Below are positions 60,951-64,000 of a stretch of 64,000 bases of DNA, piece by piece. The notes below the pieces were generated by a model. The model searched no databases. It saw nothing but the letters and a program-made list of their open reading frames with translations, and was not told where the DNA came from. Numbering within the stretch: the stretch's first letter is position 1; each line of letters begins with the position of its first letter. A program made the translations under genes and the position numbers. Source of the stretch: Harriotta raleighana (Eukaryota); NCBI GenBank assembly GCA_050575255.1, contig JBNZDD010013721.1:5515324-5579323 (forward strand). Direction: 5' to 3'.

Positions 60951-62212
60951 CAGCTAACGCCGCATTGCCATTGAGAGCACAGCCTGCAAGCTTTCCTGCT
61001 GTTTGTCCATCTAAGCCCAGCCTACCCATTTGGGAAAAGGGTTAACATTGTAATGGAGATCCCTATCCTTTAGAGTGTTCAACGCATTGACCTATTGCTA
61101 TACAAACGGCTGTGAAATAATTTATTACCCTGTTGCAGGTACACTCTGCCAGACAACTTGTTTTTTTGGCAGATAAAATAGATTTGTGGTTTCCAGACCA
61201 CTTTAAGTGGCTATCCAGTAAATTACACCCTGTTCAAATACATTGTTAATGGAAATCACAATCTGAGAAGTGCATTAAACCATCAGATCGTAAATACAAT
61301 CATAAACTATATTTCAGCACATACAAAGGCCATTCTGCCCATCATGCCTGTGCTGTCTTTTTATAAAAACTACCTGTTCAATCCCAATCCCAATCCGCAC
61401 CCCCTCACGTGCTCTTTTATATTTTGCCTTTTCAAATATTTGTCTAATTTCCTTTTAAAACTATCCCAATCCTGGATTGTTATTTGCCTTTGGATCTCCT
61501 CTAGACATGAAAGGCGCAACATAAATGTATTTGTATTGAATTATGGATTGACCCTTTACTGCCTTTCTTTCTCATCCGTTGGGTGTCTTTTTACAACCAT
61601 GAATCAGAGATGCTTTGTTATGGGCAGATGGCATCTTGGCTGGAATCTGGACCGAGTAAATGACATCGTGTTGGTGGGACTTTACATGGGAATCCTAGAA
61701 TGTAGAAGGTAATGGATTGTGCCAATAAGCAAGGATACAGGGAGGTGATTAATTACAAGCGGAGGAGAAAAAGAAGTTACACAAGCAGTAAAGCAGATGG
61801 CAGATGATATTGATGTAAGTGTAGGTGAGGAAGCCCTGGGACAGTTCAGCAAATCACTTATGTCTGTTGAACTATTGCAACGATTAGGTCAATTAAGAAA
61901 GAATTGAACTTACTGACTCAATCAAAGCAAGGAAAGTGGGCCTGAAGCATTTGATCAGTAATGCCTCAAAGGGACACTTGAGAATAAATGCGAGCCGAGG
62001 CTCAACAATGAAAAAACCTCTGGGAAAGAACACAGCAAACAGTTGTGTCGCAGAGGCTAGTATTTGTTGATGTTGTTGCAGCGTTTGATCTCAGGCTTTG
62101 TATGAATGTCTGGCTGTGCGAGGCTGCACAAAGGAGAATCTGAGAGAAAAAAACAACAGAGAGAGGAGATGCAAAAACAAAACACAAAATAGACAATAAA
62201 CACAATAAACAC

Positions 62213-62337
62213 AAAACACAGATGCTGGGAATCTGAAACAAAAACAGAAATTGCTGGGGAAACTCAGCAGGTCAGGCACCATCCATGAAGAAAGGAAAGC
62301 AAGTCAACGTTTCAGGTCCACGACCCCCTTCGTCTGA
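62213..62337 (-). mobile_element. Penelope-like terminal fragment, copy 2
   Basis: Reverse strand tcagacgaagggggtcgtggacctgaaacgttgac...gcctgacctgctgagtttccccagc matches 26783-26910. Confidence 0.7.
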
Positions 62338-62667
62338 GAGAGGAGATGCGTTGACAGAGAGAGGGGGAAAGGGAGGGAGGGAGTGAGAGCATGAGAAATA
62401 AAATGCAGAAGGGATGGATAAAGAACTGGTAAAATTATTAAATTCAGCATGGTCTGTGGCCCAACACGTCGATGCATGAAAACAAGATTTTTTAAAAGAA
62501 AATGTATAATGAGAAATCACAGCTTCATCCAAGCAGAAAAGGACTTTATCTAAGACTTGAAAGAAAACTTTAAGTTCATAACAAGTCTGTAAGGAGATTC
62601 TGAAATATTTATTCCATACTTTTGCTTTTAATGTTAATGTGGCGTTTCTCTTTAACATTCCCCTGTT

Positions 62668-62855
62668 AATAAAAAAATCCTTGCATTTGATACAGCATCT
62701 TATCATGTTGAGATTTCTGAAAGTGCTTCACAGAATATATTGTAATTATAAGTCAGTACCTTGGGACATTCTCCTGACGTGAAAGGCGCTATACAAGTGT
62801 AATTTTGTTGTTATTGTTGTTGTAAAGTGGACTGGCTGTGTATTTTGTGGGCAAT
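62668..62855 (-). mobile_element. SINE tail interrupted by a plus-strand L2 tail (62752-62823)
   Basis: atccttgcatttgatacagc...ttgtaa [ccttgggacatt...aaggcgctatacaagtgtaattttgttg] tgtaaagtggactgg. Confidence 0.65.
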
Positions 62856-63736
62856 TATTCTGTAAGTTTTTTTGTAGGTTTACAAGCATTTCTGTACACT
62901 ATCTGGGACACTAGTGTGAAGGGCGCTGTATAAATGCAAGTTGTTGAATAAAAGCTGTTCTTTATAGTTTTCACGTCAGCACACTTTGGAAGTACAGTGC
63001 TAGAGAGCAGAACGATGATCCTTTCACAGCCTGTGCCCATCAAACCACTGGGAGTGGGAGGAGGAGGAAAGTTAGTACCAAAGACTGGGAATTCTCATTC
63101 TGAAAGAAATGCAGTTTTTCTTCAAAACACTGAAGAAAAAAATAATAAACTTACAACTGATGAAATGCCATCTTGTGGCATCTGAAAATGCTTCACTGTA
63201 TTCAGCTTAAAACACACATTATGTACACAAAAGCCCAGCTAATTTGTGCCCCATAAACAACCACATGGTGAATATATCAATTGTATCTGATGTGTAGATT
63301 GCTGGGTCCACCTGTACAATACAGTATGAATGCTCTATGTTATTGTCTAAGCATTGTACAGGCAATATAATATTAAGCTGTTAATTGCCAACCAGGTCTA
63401 CACCTTTCCTTTCACTGGGCACCGATTAAATCTGCCCCATCTGCTGTTCTGGGAAGAATGCCCTAGGTTTCCGTAAGTCATCTATCCAACTATATTTAAT
63501 CATTCCAGAATATTGCTGATGATAGTCCAGCTAGCCTGGCTCATCAACAGGATTTGGAAGGCCAGACCAGTCACTGGAAACAGGGAACTCTACCCACTCA
63601 GTTCCCATTAACCCTGCAAGCTGAAGCCTTAATGGAGAATAGACCAAGCTTGACAAGCACAGTATAAGGAAAGCTTGGCAGGCAGTGCTCTCTCCATGGT
63701 ATCAATGCTGTTTTCGCTAGTTAGACTTTGGCAGTT

Positions 63737-63820
63737 ATAAGAACAAGGAGGAGGAGTAGACCATTCGGCCCTTCGAGCCTGCTCCGCCATTCAATAAGAT
63801 CATGGCTGACCTTCTGACCT
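63737..63820 (-). mobile_element. CR1 extreme 3' end
   Basis: ggagtagaccattcggcccttcgagcctgctccgccattcaataagatcatggctga. Confidence 0.75.
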
Positions 63821-63824
63821 AAAT

Positions 63825-64000
63825 TGTGAAGCTCCTGTGGCTTAGTGGTTAGAGTACTTGTCTTATAAGCATGAGACCTGTGTTCGAATCCCAGCAGATC
63901 AGGGCGAAACCTTGTGCAAGTTTCCTTACTCCACATGCCTAATAATAATCCCTCCAAAAATACAACAATAATAAAATTGGTCATTTCAATCCATGACTGT
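63825..64000 (+). mobile_element. SINE family A, TAC-type subfamily, cut by the window end
   Basis: Head nearly identical to 55752, including gaatcc..gcagatcagggcgaa. Confidence 0.9.

Noticed and set aside
1-64000. CRISPR array or prokaryotic operon
   Set aside because: The recurring sequences are dispersed SINEs and LINEs in both orientations, not regularly spaced repeats, and there is no gene-dense coding region.

Overview
Eukaryotic, repeat-rich, essentially non-coding vertebrate DNA. The repeat inventory points to a cartilaginous fish (chimaera/elephant-shark-like), but this is inferred, not proven. None of the supplied ORFs encodes a recognisable cellular protein. The only protein homology I can support is decayed LINE ORF2: an L2 C-terminus at ~16.7-17.0 kb and CR1 reverse transcriptase at ~41.7-42.1 kb. 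The window is dominated by about 30 copies or fragments of a tRNA(Ala-like)-headed SINE (family A) and about 15 of an older Deu-domain SINE (family B), both with L2-type tails. It also holds L2 and CR1 fragments, Tigger/Tc1-mariner-type MITEs, one solo LTR, two Penelope-type fragments with a decayed hammerhead-ribozyme motif, a fold-back element, microsatellites and assembly gaps. A repeat-poor, CpG-enriched block at ~13.3-15.2 kb looks like a promoter/first-exon region, and several repeat-free blocks look like conserved non-coding enhancers, so the window is probably intronic or 5' to a large gene. I found no convincing new multi-gene system. The most notable signals are small structured elements and nested insertions. 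Coordinates were read by eye, so boundaries of old repeats are approximate.
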